DNA from: Candidatus Moraniibacteriota bacterium
Lineage (GTDB): Bacteria; Patescibacteriota; Minisyncoccia; Moranbacterales; UBA1568
DNA: 45,268 nucleotides
NCBI GenBank assembly: GCA_028688415.1
Contig: JAQTYF010000001.1
Span: 530,627 to 575,894 of the forward strand
Direction: 5' to 3'
Position 1 is the stretch's first letter; every line of letters starts with the position of its first letter. This document shows positions 1-9,452 of the stretch, in pieces. The translations under genes were made by a program, and so were the position numbers. Under the pieces are notes generated by a model, which did no database searches, had not been told where the DNA came from, and saw only the letters and a list, made by a program, of their open reading frames with translations.

Positions 1-2
1 CA

Positions 3-2012
3 AGTCGCTACGAAGACTATTCGCACATCACGCCAATAGATTCTCTTGCATCCGACGCGAAATGTACCATAGAAGGAACAGTGCTCCATATCGAAGCTGG
101 ACAAACCTGGAAGAAGAAAATGTTTCTCACTGAAGTGACACTCGGAGACGAAAGTGGTCAGGTACGGCTCATCTGGTTCAATCAGCGTTTCGTCGCCCAG
201 ACACTGAGAGACGGTGCTCTTATCCGTGTTTCAGGAAAAGTCAGTATTGATAGCAAAGGTCTCGTCATGACCAACCCTGCATTCGAACGGGCCTCGCGTG
301 AAGCGACCCATACCGGACGCCTCGTCCCTATTTACCCAGAGACAGCAGGGCTCACTTCTCGATTTTTTCGTTGGCAACTCGCTGGTATTTTTCAGAAGCT
401 AGCTCTCTTTCCAGATCCGATACCAGAAGACATCCTCACAAAACTTCATCTCCCCTCTCTCAAACAGGCTCTTTTCTACATTCATTTTCCAAAAGATGAA
501 AATCAATCCCTCATCGCTTTAAAACGTTTTGCTTTTGATGAAATGTTCTTCATCCAACTCAAATCCCTCGAACTCAAAGCGCTCTTTGAAACGGCAAAAG
601 GAACACCTATTCCTTATGATGAATCCTCTCTCAAACAATTCATCGCATCATTTCCTTTCCGTCTCACGACAGCTCAAGAAAAAGCTTCTCAGGAAATCCT
701 TCTCGATCTCAGTAAAACACACCCAATGAACAGACTCCTCAATGGAGATGTGGGGAGTGGAAAAACAATCGTGGCAGCCATCGCTTCGTTTGTCACAACA
801 GAGGGTGGGTATCAGACTGCCATCCTCGCACCGACTGAGATATTGGCACGTCAGCATTTTGAGAGTCTCTCACGTATTTTCTCACATACTGGTCATACTC
901 TTGCGCTCTTGACGGGGAGCTATCACATACTCGGAAGAGAGACGGTCAAAAAGCAAACACTCATCCAAGCAATCCACGCAGGTATCCCCTCTCTTGTTAT
1001 TGGGACACACGCTATCCTCCAGCAAGACGTCGTCTTTCACAATCTCGCACTCATCGTCGTGGACGAACAACATCGATTTGGTGTGTCTCAGAGAGCACGT
1101 CTCCAGGAACTTTCTTTCAATAGTCATGATGGATCGACAGAACATATTCCGCATTTCCTTAGCATGACAGCTACTCCTATTCCTCGCACACTCACGTTGG
1201 CTTTTTTTGGCAATCTCGATCTCTCGCTTCTCGATGAACTTCCGAAAAATCGCAAACCAATTATCACCAAAATTGCTCGCACTGGAAGTGATCGAGAAAA
1301 AGTCTACACATTTGTACAGAGTGAAGTCATGAAGGGTCGTCAGGTATTTGTCATCTTTCCGCTTGTCGAAGAATCACTCGCTCTCAAAGATATCAAGGCG
1401 GCCGTCGCAGAGCACAAGCATCTTGCAGAAACTGTCTTCCCACATCTCTCTATCGGGCTCATCCATGGAAAACTCAAGGCCAAAGAGAAAGAAGAAATCA
1501 TGCAAGATTTTCATGAAAAGAAATATGATATATTGGTCGCTACAGCGGTGGTCGAAGTCGGTATCGATATTCCCAATGCGAGTGTTATCATCATTGAAGA
1601 AGCTGAACGATTCGGTCTTGCACAACTCCATCAATTCCGTGGACGTGTCGGTCGTGGAGAACATCAGTCTTACTGTTTTCTCTTTCCTCACGAGCAAGCG
1701 AGTTCTATCAGTGAACCTGCCCGAAACGCTTCGCTTAACGATGCGGGCGGGCGACTGAAAATACTCGAAAAATCGACGAGTGGATTCGAGATTGCTGAAG
1801 CCGATCTCGGTGTGCGCGGTCCTGGAGCTTTCTTTGGTACGCGTCAGTCAGGTCTCCCTGATATCACGATGGAGAGCCTCACGAATATCAAACTTATCAC
1901 CATCGCCCGTGATGAAGCACAAAATATCCTTTCCCAAGATCCGAAACTTGTTTCACATCCTCTTCTCAAAGAAGCTCTGAAAAAATTCGAAGAAAGAATT
2001 CATCTGGAATAA
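3..2012 (+). CDS. recG: ATP-dependent DNA helicase RecG, 5' end cut by window edge
   Basis: The frame is open from nt 3 (SRYEDYSHITPIDSL...), upstream of the track GTG at 81. Walker A GDVGSGKT, DEQH box VVDEQHRFG, and QLHQFRGRVGRG motif are present. Confidence 0.9.
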   Translation, partial: SRYEDYSHITPIDSLASDAKCTIEGTVLHIEAGQTWKKKMFLTEVTLGDESGQVRLIWFNQRFVAQTLRDGALIRVSGKVSIDSKGLVMTNPAFERASREATHTGRLVPIYPETAGLTSRFFRWQLAGIFQKLALFPDPIPEDILTKLHLPSLKQALFYIHFPKDENQSLIALKRFAFDEMFFIQLKSLELKALFETAKGTPIPYDESSLKQFIASFPFRLTTAQEKASQEILLDLSKTHPMNRLLNGDVGSGKTIVAAIASFVTTEGGYQTAILAPTEILARQHFESLSRIFSHTGHTLALLTGSYHILGRETVKKQTLIQAIHAGIPSLVIGTHAILQQDVVFHNLALIVVDEQHRFGVSQRARLQELSFNSHDGSTEHIPHFLSMTATPIPRTLTLAFFGNLDLSLLDELPKNRKPIITKIARTGSDREKVYTFVQSEVMKGRQVFVIFPLVEESLALKDIKAAVAEHKHLAETVFPHLSIGLIHGKLKAKEKEEIMQDFHEKKYDILVATAVVEVGIDIPNASVIIIEEAERFGLAQLHQFRGRVGRGEHQSYCFLFPHEQASSISEPARNASLNDAGGRLKILEKSTSGFEIAEADLGVRGPGAFFGTRQSGLPDITMESLTNIKLITIARDEAQNILSQDPKLVSHPLLKEALKKFEERIHLE

Positions 2013-2026
2013 CAGAGAAAACTGAA

Positions 2027-2061
2027 AAGATCTGATTGTTTTATTTAATCAGATCTTTATT
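2027..2061 (+). terminator. Intrinsic terminator after recG
   Basis: 11-bp stem AAGATCTGATT/AATCAGATCTT followed by a T-rich tail. Confidence 0.55.
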
Positions 2062-2182
2062 GCAACAGATTGCAAAACTATAAAATACATTCCTTCATTT
2101 CTAGCCACTCGATTTCAGACATTAATCATTTTACGAATATGAACTTCAAATTCTAAAGCGAAATTATGCATTTTTTCTTAAC

Positions 2183-2563
2183 TTAATTGCATAAATTTGC
2201 AGTTTTTCTAGGAATTACGACAGTATCGAATTGATTTCTAAACTCAGTAGTAAGATTTGCCGATTCATGGGCAAGATTGATAGCTTTTGAATATTCTCCA
2301 TCTTTAAACGCTTTTTCTGATTGATCATATATATCATTCGCTTGCATAAATTGACGACCGTCATTTAATTTTGCATATGTACTCACATCTAAACAACTTT
2401 TAAATTCATCAAGATAATCCTTTGTTACATCAATGAGATTGAACGTAGCATCAATGTTTGCACGAGCTTCAGTTTTTTGTTTTTGAATATATTGACTCCA
2501 CAAAAAACCAAACACACTAAAAACAATAAGTACAGAAAATATAATTATAAATATTTTTTTCAT
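2183..2563 (-). CDS. Hypothetical protein with N-terminal membrane anchor
   Basis: 126-aa ORF with a hydrophobic N-terminus (IFIIIFSVLIVFSVFGFLW). No recognisable domain. Confidence 0.55.
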   Translation of the reverse strand: MKKIFIIIFSVLIVFSVFGFLWSQYIQKQKTEARANIDATFNLIDVTKDYLDEFKSCLDVSTYAKLNDGRQFMQANDIYDQSEKAFKDGEYSKAINLAHESANLTTEFRNQFDTVVIPRKTANLCN

Positions 2564-2579
2564 AAATAAAATTAATTTT

Positions 2580-4289
2580 TTAATTCTTTCTCATTTTCTC
2601 CGTTACCCAAAACTCGCCAAAATATTTTCCAAGGAGAATACGTGTCTGTGAATCAATAGCTGGGAAAGCAGAAAGAAATCCGACAATCGGAATGAGTATC
2701 CACTGAAACAACATCAGGAAATAACGAGACCAATGATACCGTTTCGGCCTGGGCGGGAGAGAGAGAAGTGACATCGGGATAGAAATGCAGAGCCCCATCA
2801 TACCAAGTGTCATAAGTGTTTTGGTGATAAATGGCAGATTGTGAGCGAGAACACTTTCACGAAAGAGCGCCCCACCAAATACGAGAGGCAACCAACCAAG
2901 AAATGTCAGAATGAAAGAGGTTGTCGCCCATGAATAATGACCTTCGAGCATCTCAAATGTCACACGCATTTTCGTCCATACAGGAATGAGTTTGTCTGGC
3001 CAGATAGCACGCATCGTCACAGGAAAATTCTCGATACCATACGCCCAACGACGTTTCTGCTTGTACTGATTCACCAGTGTCTTCCAATATGTCTCAGCCA
3101 GCACTGCATCAAGAGAAATCGGAAGATGGATCGGTTGAACACGATAATCGCCATGGAAATATGCGAGACATTTCCAATAAATCACCGAGTCTTCACTGAT
3201 CATATTGACTGGCCAAAATCCTACTTTCACAAGAGTATCAAAAGGCTCTGAATGCGATGAGAATGTCACCATTTCCTGACGGGTGCTCTGATAGAGGTGC
3301 CAGAATGATGATCCTGTCACAACGAGACGGACAAACGCATTCGTATCCCAGAGATTGTTATGATACATCGGGAGTGGCTGATAAGCTCTCTGGAGACGCT
3401 TGGGATCGATGATATATTCGTATGTCAGAGCCGCAAAATATTCCGGATGAGCGACACTATCGCAATCAAAATTTGAGAAAATAACTTTCTTATAATCGAT
3501 ATTTCGTGCATCGAGATATTTCATCAGTTCCCTCGCTGCAAAACGCGCGTTTGATGCTTTGCATTTCATCTCACCGCCTTCGACAATATGCGTTGTTACA
3601 ATAAAATCACGGAAAATGCCATCGAATTTTTTCTTCAAATATTCCACTTTTGGCAGACGTGTCTCTGGATTTTCCCTTTCCTCTGTTGCAAGAAGTATGA
3701 TCATTTGTTCTTTCGGAAAGTTACTCTCCACGAGTGACTGTATGGCTGGCTCAATAATATCCGCAGGCTCCCCTGCTGTCGGTAAGAGCACGACATGGAG
3801 TACTTCTCGCCAATCCATTATCTGATCTGTGAGAGGAATAAGAGACTTCGTTTCTCTCAAGATTTTTTTGGTACGACGAATTTCTTTACGAACAATATGT
3901 CGCTCACGAATATGAAACAAAGATATCTCTTTCAAACTCTCGCGCAAATGTACAAGACGATCTTCGAGAAGAGTGACATATGCCTCTGGATGTTCGATAT
4001 TCTGACAACGCTCCCACCAATTGATACGTTTCCCCTCCACTACATCACGTTGTCCTGAAAGAGAAAAGATGGAGATATAGAACGCCTTGTGGATCCAATA
4101 GATATCAAAAACAATCACGGCAATAGCCGCCCAAATAGGAAGAAAAAATGAGAGTGCGACCATGCCGAGGAGAGTTGTCCATGTGAGAAGGCCTGGGATC
4201 ATTTCTATCGCTCGCTGGACTCGACGTTTTTTTGGATCCGTTGTTTTGGGATCAGGAAAAACAAACGTTGGAAAAGTTGTCTCTGACAT
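2580..4289 (-). CDS. Membrane-bound family 2 glycosyltransferase (processive, cellulose/chitin-synthase-like)
   Basis: 569 aa with flanking TM segments. GT2-like core (LLPTAGEP..., FDCDS) and a Q-x-x-RW motif (KQKRRWAYG). Confidence 0.7.
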   Translation of the reverse strand: MSETTFPTFVFPDPKTTDPKKRRVQRAIEMIPGLLTWTTLLGMVALSFFLPIWAAIAVIVFDIYWIHKAFYISIFSLSGQRDVVEGKRINWWERCQNIEHPEAYVTLLEDRLVHLRESLKEISLFHIRERHIVRKEIRRTKKILRETKSLIPLTDQIMDWREVLHVVLLPTAGEPADIIEPAIQSLVESNFPKEQMIILLATEERENPETRLPKVEYLKKKFDGIFRDFIVTTHIVEGGEMKCKASNARFAARELMKYLDARNIDYKKVIFSNFDCDSVAHPEYFAALTYEYIIDPKRLQRAYQPLPMYHNNLWDTNAFVRLVVTGSSFWHLYQSTRQEMVTFSSHSEPFDTLVKVGFWPVNMISEDSVIYWKCLAYFHGDYRVQPIHLPISLDAVLAETYWKTLVNQYKQKRRWAYGIENFPVTMRAIWPDKLIPVWTKMRVTFEMLEGHYSWATTSFILTFLGWLPLVFGGALFRESVLAHNLPFITKTLMTLGMMGLCISIPMSLLSLPPRPKRYHWSRYFLMLFQWILIPIVGFLSAFPAIDSQTRILLGKYFGEFWVTEKMRKN

Positions 4290-4474
4290 TGTTGTAATAG
4301 TTAATCAAATACTTTCTTTATAGTATAACACCTCTTCTCTCTTTCTGTGAGAAGTATGCTATACTACCAGAAACAAGCCATTCTGGCAATATTTAGATTC
4401 CTTTCTGAACATTCTTTCTCTTCTTGTTTTCTAGCTCTCATCACTTATCTTGCATCCATTATCATAATTTTCTT

Positions 4475-5746
4475 ATGACCAAACTCACTTTTCCATCAGG
4501 TTTTCTCTGGGGTGCATCTACCGCCTCTCATCAAGTGGAAGGAAACAATACCAATGACTGGTCCGAGTGGGAGAAAAAGAATGCTCATCGTCTTGTACAA
4601 GAATCGAGACAATCTTTCATCACTAACCCACATTGGAAACAATTCAAACAAGAAGCAATCAATCCGCAAAATTATATTTCAGGAACTGCCTGTGATCACT
4701 ACGCACGATTCGAAAGTGATTTCGATCTCATACAAGAGCTCGGTATGAATGCACATCGATTTTCTCTTGAATGGTCTCGTATCGAACCAAGTGAGGGTGT
4801 TTTTGATGAGCACGAGATAGAACATTACCGCACAGTACTTTCTGCCTTGCATAAACGAGGTATCACGCCTTTTGTCACGCTCTGGCACTGGACACTTCCT
4901 CTCTGGCTCGCCAAGCAAGGCGGGGTCGCCAATAAACGTTTTCCATTTTATTTTGCACGCTACACCAAGAAAATTATGCAGACACTTGGTGAGGATATCC
5001 CTTTTTGGATTACACTAAACGAACCAGATGTCGTCTCTGGGCACGCCTATCTGAAAGGCGCTTGGCCACCACAGAAAAAAAATCTCTTGTTATATTATCG
5101 TGTACTTCGTCATCTCGTCAGTGCTCATAAAGAAAGTTATACTCTTATCAAAAAATCTTTCCCTCATGCACAAGTTGGTATTGCCAAACACAATATTTGG
5201 TTTGAGGCAGTGGGCAATACATATATCAATCGTCTCCTCAAGAAAATTGCTGATTTCTTTTGGAATGATTGGTTTTTAAGGCAGATACAGAATGAACAAG
5301 ATTTCATCGGTCTCAATCATTACAATCACCATCGTATCAACAATGGTTTTAACAAAAATGAAAATAAAATTCAAACTGATTTCGGTTGGGAATTCTACCC
5401 CGAGTCCCTCTATCATGCAGTCATCGAACTCAAAAAATATTACAAACCAATCTATATCACCGAGCACGGCATCGCAGATAGCTCCGATATGCTCCGTCCA
5501 CGTTTTTTGAAGGAGTCTCTCACAGCTCTGCATCGTGCTATCGCAGACGGTGCTGATGTCAGAGGATACCTTCACTGGTCGCTCTTGGATAATTTTGAAT
5601 GGGACAAAGGCTACTGGCTCCGGTTTGGTCTCATCGCTGTCGATTTCACCACACAAATTCGTACGCCTCGTGAAAGTGCGATTCTCTATGCTGATATATG
5701 CAAGAGTAATACACTCGAAACCGAAATAACAAAAGAAGAAAATTAA
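4475..5746 (+). CDS. GH1 family beta-glucosidase
   Basis: FPSGFLWGASTASHQVEGN N-terminus, with TLNEP (acid/base Glu) and ITEHG (nucleophile Glu). The ATG at 4475 is preferred over the track TTG at 4424. Confidence 0.9.
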   Translation: MTKLTFPSGFLWGASTASHQVEGNNTNDWSEWEKKNAHRLVQESRQSFITNPHWKQFKQEAINPQNYISGTACDHYARFESDFDLIQELGMNAHRFSLEWSRIEPSEGVFDEHEIEHYRTVLSALHKRGITPFVTLWHWTLPLWLAKQGGVANKRFPFYFARYTKKIMQTLGEDIPFWITLNEPDVVSGHAYLKGAWPPQKKNLLLYYRVLRHLVSAHKESYTLIKKSFPHAQVGIAKHNIWFEAVGNTYINRLLKKIADFFWNDWFLRQIQNEQDFIGLNHYNHHRINNGFNKNENKIQTDFGWEFYPESLYHAVIELKKYYKPIYITEHGIADSSDMLRPRFLKESLTALHRAIADGADVRGYLHWSLLDNFEWDKGYWLRFGLIAVDFTTQIRTPRESAILYADICKSNTLETEITKEEN

Positions 5747-5790
5747 AATGAGGGACTTCCGAAGAAATACCCTCATTCATTGTGTTGCAT
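5747..5790. terminator. Bidirectional hairpin between convergent genes
   Basis: AATGAGGG...CCCTCATT stem located between the stop codons at 5746 (+) and 5797 (-). Confidence 0.5.
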
Positions 5791-5796
5791 TGCAAC

Positions 5797-6072
5797 TTAG
5801 ACTGATTCCAATGCCTGCTTGGACTGATCATTCGGTTGGGCTTTTTCTGCATCTATCTTGGACTGGGCAAGGCCGAGAGTTGTGAGTGAGAAACATTTTT
5901 CAGAATCTACCTTTACCAGACCAAAAGTGATCAATGTCTTCATATCACTGCCGATCAAACTTGGCGCATACCCCTTGTCGAAACGCTCGTTGAGCGCGTT
6001 TGTCAAAGGAACAACACTCATCGGTCTTTCGGACAAAAGAACCAGAATACGAAAACGGCGACTCGTTGACAT
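5797..6072 (-). CDS. Small winged-helix-like DNA-binding protein (hypothetical)
   Basis: Internal ATG at 6072 is preceded by AGAGG (MSTSRRFRILVLLSERPMSV...). The longer track ORF lacks an RBS. Domain call is weak. Confidence 0.5.
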   Translation of the reverse strand: MSTSRRFRILVLLSERPMSVVPLTNALNERFDKGYAPSLIGSDMKTLITFGLVKVDSEKCFSLTTLGLAQSKIDAEKAQPNDQSKQALESV

Positions 6073-6243
6073 CTTTATTACCTCTTTCTTGTGTAAAAAA
6101 ACTCCAATGTTTTCCGAAAAGAAAACTCTTACAGTATACAGAATATGCTTCTTTTTGCAAAAACTTGATTTTTTTGTGCTTTCTGATAGACTCTCTATGC
6201 AGGTTGACCTGCTTTTTCTTTGTTCCACAAAAATCGAGAATAT

Positions 6244-6278
6244 GGCCTCATCGTCTATCGGTTAGGACACCAGGTTTT
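6244..6278 (+). pseudogene. Duplicated 5' half of tRNA-Glu (acceptor 5' strand, D arm, 5' anticodon stem)
   Basis: 6241-6278 is identical to 6571-6608. After CCAGGTTTT it diverges into two small GC hairpins (CACCCAAAGGGTG, CCACCCTCTGGGTGG). No 3' half is present. Confidence 0.85.
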
Positions 6279-6329
6279 TCACCCAAAGGGTGACCACCCT
6301 CTGGGTGGCATCTTCACGAGATCAAACTT

Positions 6330-6569
6330 ATGTTCTATGTGTATGTTCTCAAAAGTACGCTAAAAGACTATCATTATATTGGTAGTACAACAGATTTACA
6401 AAAAAGAGTACAGGAACACAATCAAGGAAAGACGAAATCGATAAAACATCTTATTCCTTTTGAGCTTCAATACTAAGAAGCTTACAAGAGTAAGACTCTC
6501 GCAAGAAAAAGAGAGATAGAACTAAAGAACAACAGTTTCAAAAAGAAAGAATTATTCGACCGAATATAA
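6330..6569 (+). pseudogene. GIY-YIG (URI-domain) nuclease gene with in-frame TAA
   Basis: MFYVYVLKST..YHYIGSTTDLQKRVQEHNQGKTKSIKHLIPFELQY*EAYKSKTLARKREIELKN. The stop at 6474-6476 sits where family members have Tyr, and the frame continues to TAA at 6567. Confidence 0.75.
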
Positions 6570-6573
6570 TTAT

Positions 6574-6645
6574 GGCCTCATCGTCTATCGGTTAGGACAC
6601 CAGGTTTTCATCCTGGGAAGAGGGGTTCGACTCCCCTTGAGGCTA
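6574..6645 (+). tRNA. tRNA-Glu (anticodon UUC)
   Basis: Hand-folded cloverleaf: acceptor GGCCTCA/TGAGGCT, anticodon arm CCAGG-TTTTCAT-CCTGG, T arm AGGGG-TTCGACT-CCCCT. Confidence 0.9.
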
Positions 6646-6666
6646 CACATGTATCAATAAAAACGC

Positions 6667-6690
6667 CCTCCACAAGGAGTGGTGTTTTTT
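6667..6690 (+). terminator. Weak intrinsic terminator after tRNA-Glu
   Basis: CTCCAC..GTGGTG hairpin followed by TTTTTT. Confidence 0.4.
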
Positions 6691-6828
6691 GTTGGTATTT
6701 TTATCCAAGGGGAGGAGAAGGGCGTGAGTAGAAAATGAGCGAGCGTAATTTTCTGTGTGTAGCGCCCAGGCTTTTTGTCGGAGCAAAAAGGACCCCCTTT
6801 GGGCCTACTATCAAGAAACTCTCATTAT

Positions 6829-7431
6829 TTACGGTGAGAGTTTTTTCTTCTCTAGAATATCGAGAAGTTTTTTCTTGGATCGAGAAAGCCTACTCGCGAT
6901 GGTGTTTTCAGGGACAGCAAGAACATGACTCATCTCAGCATATGATTTTTCGAGATAATATCGGAGCTTGAGTAAACGTCGATCTTTTTCCGAAAGCATA
7001 TTGAGCGCCTGTCGGACCGCGATGCGTGCCTCATCTCTCATCAGTGTTTCAAATGGTGTTCCACTATCATCTACCATCTTGAGTCTATCTTGAGTATCGA
7101 CAAGGGATTCTTGGTCGATGAGATGAAGGTAGCTCTGTTTCCTCAAATAATTCATTGCTTCATTGTGGGCGATACGATACAACCACGGAGAGAGTTTTCG
7201 ATCCGCATCAAAATCTTCGAGATGAGCAAATGCTTTGGAAAAAATATTTTGGAGAAGGTCTGCGATCTCATCATTCTTTCCGATGAGGTATCGGAGATAC
7301 ACTAGAAGTTTTTTCTCATAACGAAGAACTATTTCCCCAAAATATTTCTTATCTCCATTCAATACAAACCTCACCAACTCTTCATCGGTTTTTTCTTCTT
7401 TTGATTTGTTCTGAGACTTGCGCTTTATCAT
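6829..7431 (-). CDS. ECF-type sigma-70 family RNA polymerase sigma factor
   Basis: Region 2 (SPWLYRIAHNEAMNYLRK) and region 4 (YYLEKSYAEMSHVLAVPENTIASRLSR). Start is taken at MIKRKSQ. Confidence 0.85.
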   Translation of the reverse strand: MIKRKSQNKSKEEKTDEELVRFVLNGDKKYFGEIVLRYEKKLLVYLRYLIGKNDEIADLLQNIFSKAFAHLEDFDADRKLSPWLYRIAHNEAMNYLRKQSYLHLIDQESLVDTQDRLKMVDDSGTPFETLMRDEARIAVRQALNMLSEKDRRLLKLRYYLEKSYAEMSHVLAVPENTIASRLSRSKKKLLDILEKKKLSP

Positions 7432-7471
7432 AGGCTTGATACAGTTATAGTATACTCTCATCAGAAATACT

Positions 7472-8662
7472 ATGCATATACTCAGTATTGAAACATCCTG
7501 CGACGATACGGCTGTCGCTCTTCTCGACTGGAATGGACGTGATGCAACAGTCCTCGCTCATACGGTCTCTTCGCAGATCGCTCTCCATACACAGTGGGGC
7601 GGAGTTGTTCCTGCTCTCGCATCGCGAGAACATATGAAAAATATTGTACCTGTCATTGAAGAAACCTTCAGTAAATCTCATCTGACAAAAAATGATATCG
7701 ATCTCATCGCTGTGACTGAAGGTCCTGGACTGATGCCGGCACTACTCATCGGTGTCAGTGCTGCCAAGACACTCGCTCTCGTCTGGAACAAACCCCTCAT
7801 CGGCATCCACCATATCGAGGGGCATATCTATGCGAATTTTTTGGGAAAAAATATCGCAATACCTAATACCAAATACCTAATATCTAATGAATCTCCAAAT
7901 TCTTCTCATTCTAAAAATCAAGCATCACTTATCAAGCATCAAGCATCCACTTTCCCTCTCATTGCGCTTGTGGTCTCTGGAGGACACACACAACTTGTAC
8001 TGATGCAGAAACATTTCGATTATACAATTCTCGGTGAGACAGAAGATGATGCTGCTGGCGAAGCCTTCGACAAGGTGGCCAGACTCCTCGGACTCCCTTA
8101 TCCCGGAGGTCCTGAAGTTTCTCGGAGGGCAGATACTTTCAGAAAAAGTCATACAAAGGAAGAGATAGAACCTCTCACAAAAAAATTTCCCCGACCGATG
8201 ATAACGGCAGACAATTTTGATTTTTCTTTTTCGGGACTGAAAACTGCGGTACTCTATTATGTAAAGAAGCATGAAACAGAAATGCGAAATGAATCATTCA
8301 TTGATGAAACTTGTCATGAATTTCAAGAAGCTGTCGTCGATGTCCTCGTTGCCAAGACAAAAAAAGCTCTCACAATGTATTCTCCCAAAACATTTGTTAT
8401 CGCTGGAGGTGTTTCTGCTAACGTCCGTCTCCGTGAACAACTTAAGCAAACCATCGATTCCATTAATTTAGCGGTTGAACCGCTAAGTGAAAAAATTACC
8501 TTTCTGACGCCAGAATTTGCTTATTCACTCGACAACGCCGTAATGATTGGTGTCGCTGCTGCCTTCCGTTATGAACGAATGAGTGATGAACAAAAAGAGG
8601 CACTCATCCACACCTCACTCACCCTTGATCCCGATGCCAATTTGCCTTTACGAAATCTATGA
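7472..8662 (+). CDS. tsaD: tRNA N6-adenosine threonylcarbamoyltransferase TsaD
   Basis: ILSIETSCDDTAVAL, HHIEGH, VVSGGHTQL and AGGVSAN motifs. Carries an extra low-complexity insert. Confidence 0.9.
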   Translation: MHILSIETSCDDTAVALLDWNGRDATVLAHTVSSQIALHTQWGGVVPALASREHMKNIVPVIEETFSKSHLTKNDIDLIAVTEGPGLMPALLIGVSAAKTLALVWNKPLIGIHHIEGHIYANFLGKNIAIPNTKYLISNESPNSSHSKNQASLIKHQASTFPLIALVVSGGHTQLVLMQKHFDYTILGETEDDAAGEAFDKVARLLGLPYPGGPEVSRRADTFRKSHTKEEIEPLTKKFPRPMITADNFDFSFSGLKTAVLYYVKKHETEMRNESFIDETCHEFQEAVVDVLVAKTKKALTMYSPKTFVIAGGVSANVRLREQLKQTIDSINLAVEPLSEKITFLTPEFAYSLDNAVMIGVAAAFRYERMSDEQKEALIHTSLTLDPDANLPLRNL

Positions 8663-9396
8663 TTATCACTCCCATCAGAACTGAGAAGATTCTTCCAAAA
8701 CAAATATCACTTATCGAACTTCTCGATAAAAATATCAAAAAATTTCCCGAGAATTCTCTTCTTGTGATTACTTCGAAAATAGTAGCGCTCTGTGAAGGAA
8801 GAACGCTGTCTCGAGAATCAATCGTTGATGAGACTCTACTTAGTAAAGAAGCTGATTACTATCTCCCGAAAAAAGAAAGTCGCTATGGCATTCCCCTCAC
8901 TATCAAAGACAATACCTTTATTGCAAGAGCGGGTATCGATGGTTCGAACACTGGTGATATGTATTCCCTCCTTCCACAGGATAGCTATCGTACCAGTCGG
9001 AAAATCCGTACCTATCTCTGTACACGGTTCGGAATAAAAAACGCCGGCGTAATCATCGTCGACAGTCATTCTACTCCACTCCGCCGTGGCACAACCGGAG
9101 TCGCTATCGGCTGGAGCGGTTTCCGTGGAATCAAAAATTATGAGAATACTCCTGATATATTCGGGAAACATTTCACGACACATGCGAATCACGTCGATGC
9201 TCTCGCCAGCGCTGCCGTACTCACTATGGGAGAGGGTAATGAACAGACTCCTCTGGCACTCATTGAGAAAATAGATTTTATAGATTTTCACAAAACTTCT
9301 CCAACAAAGAAAGAACTCATTTTCTTCAAGCCATCATTTGAGAATGATCTCTTTGCTCCACTCTTTCATTTCAAACGATTGAGGAAAGGAAAATAA
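8659..9396 (+). CDS. CofE-like gamma-glutamyl ligase family protein (F420-0:L-glutamate ligase fold)
   Basis: VITSKIVALCEGR, ARAGIDGSN, IIVDSHSTPLRRGTTGVAIG. ATGA overlap with the tsaD stop. Confidence 0.7.
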   Translation: MIITPIRTEKILPKQISLIELLDKNIKKFPENSLLVITSKIVALCEGRTLSRESIVDETLLSKEADYYLPKKESRYGIPLTIKDNTFIARAGIDGSNTGDMYSLLPQDSYRTSRKIRTYLCTRFGIKNAGVIIVDSHSTPLRRGTTGVAIGWSGFRGIKNYENTPDIFGKHFTTHANHVDALASAAVLTMGEGNEQTPLALIEKIDFIDFHKTSPTKKELIFFKPSFENDLFAPLFHFKRLRKGK

Positions 9397-9452
9397 AGAG
9401 CAAAAATATTTTGCTTGAAATAAAGGGAATAAGGTGATATTCTAGGGAGTAT

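Noticed and set aside
6474-6476. Stop-codon reassignment or alternative genetic code suggested by the in-frame TAA
   Set aside because: TAA terminates many well-conserved genes in the window at the expected length, and TGA and TAG are also used as stops. A single Tyr-to-stop substitution is the simpler explanation.
6278-6607. Group I intron in the anticodon loop of tRNA-Glu
   Set aside because: Only about 80 nt are non-coding apart from the nuclease ORF, which is too little for a group I core. In addition, the downstream tRNA copy is complete with its own 5' half.
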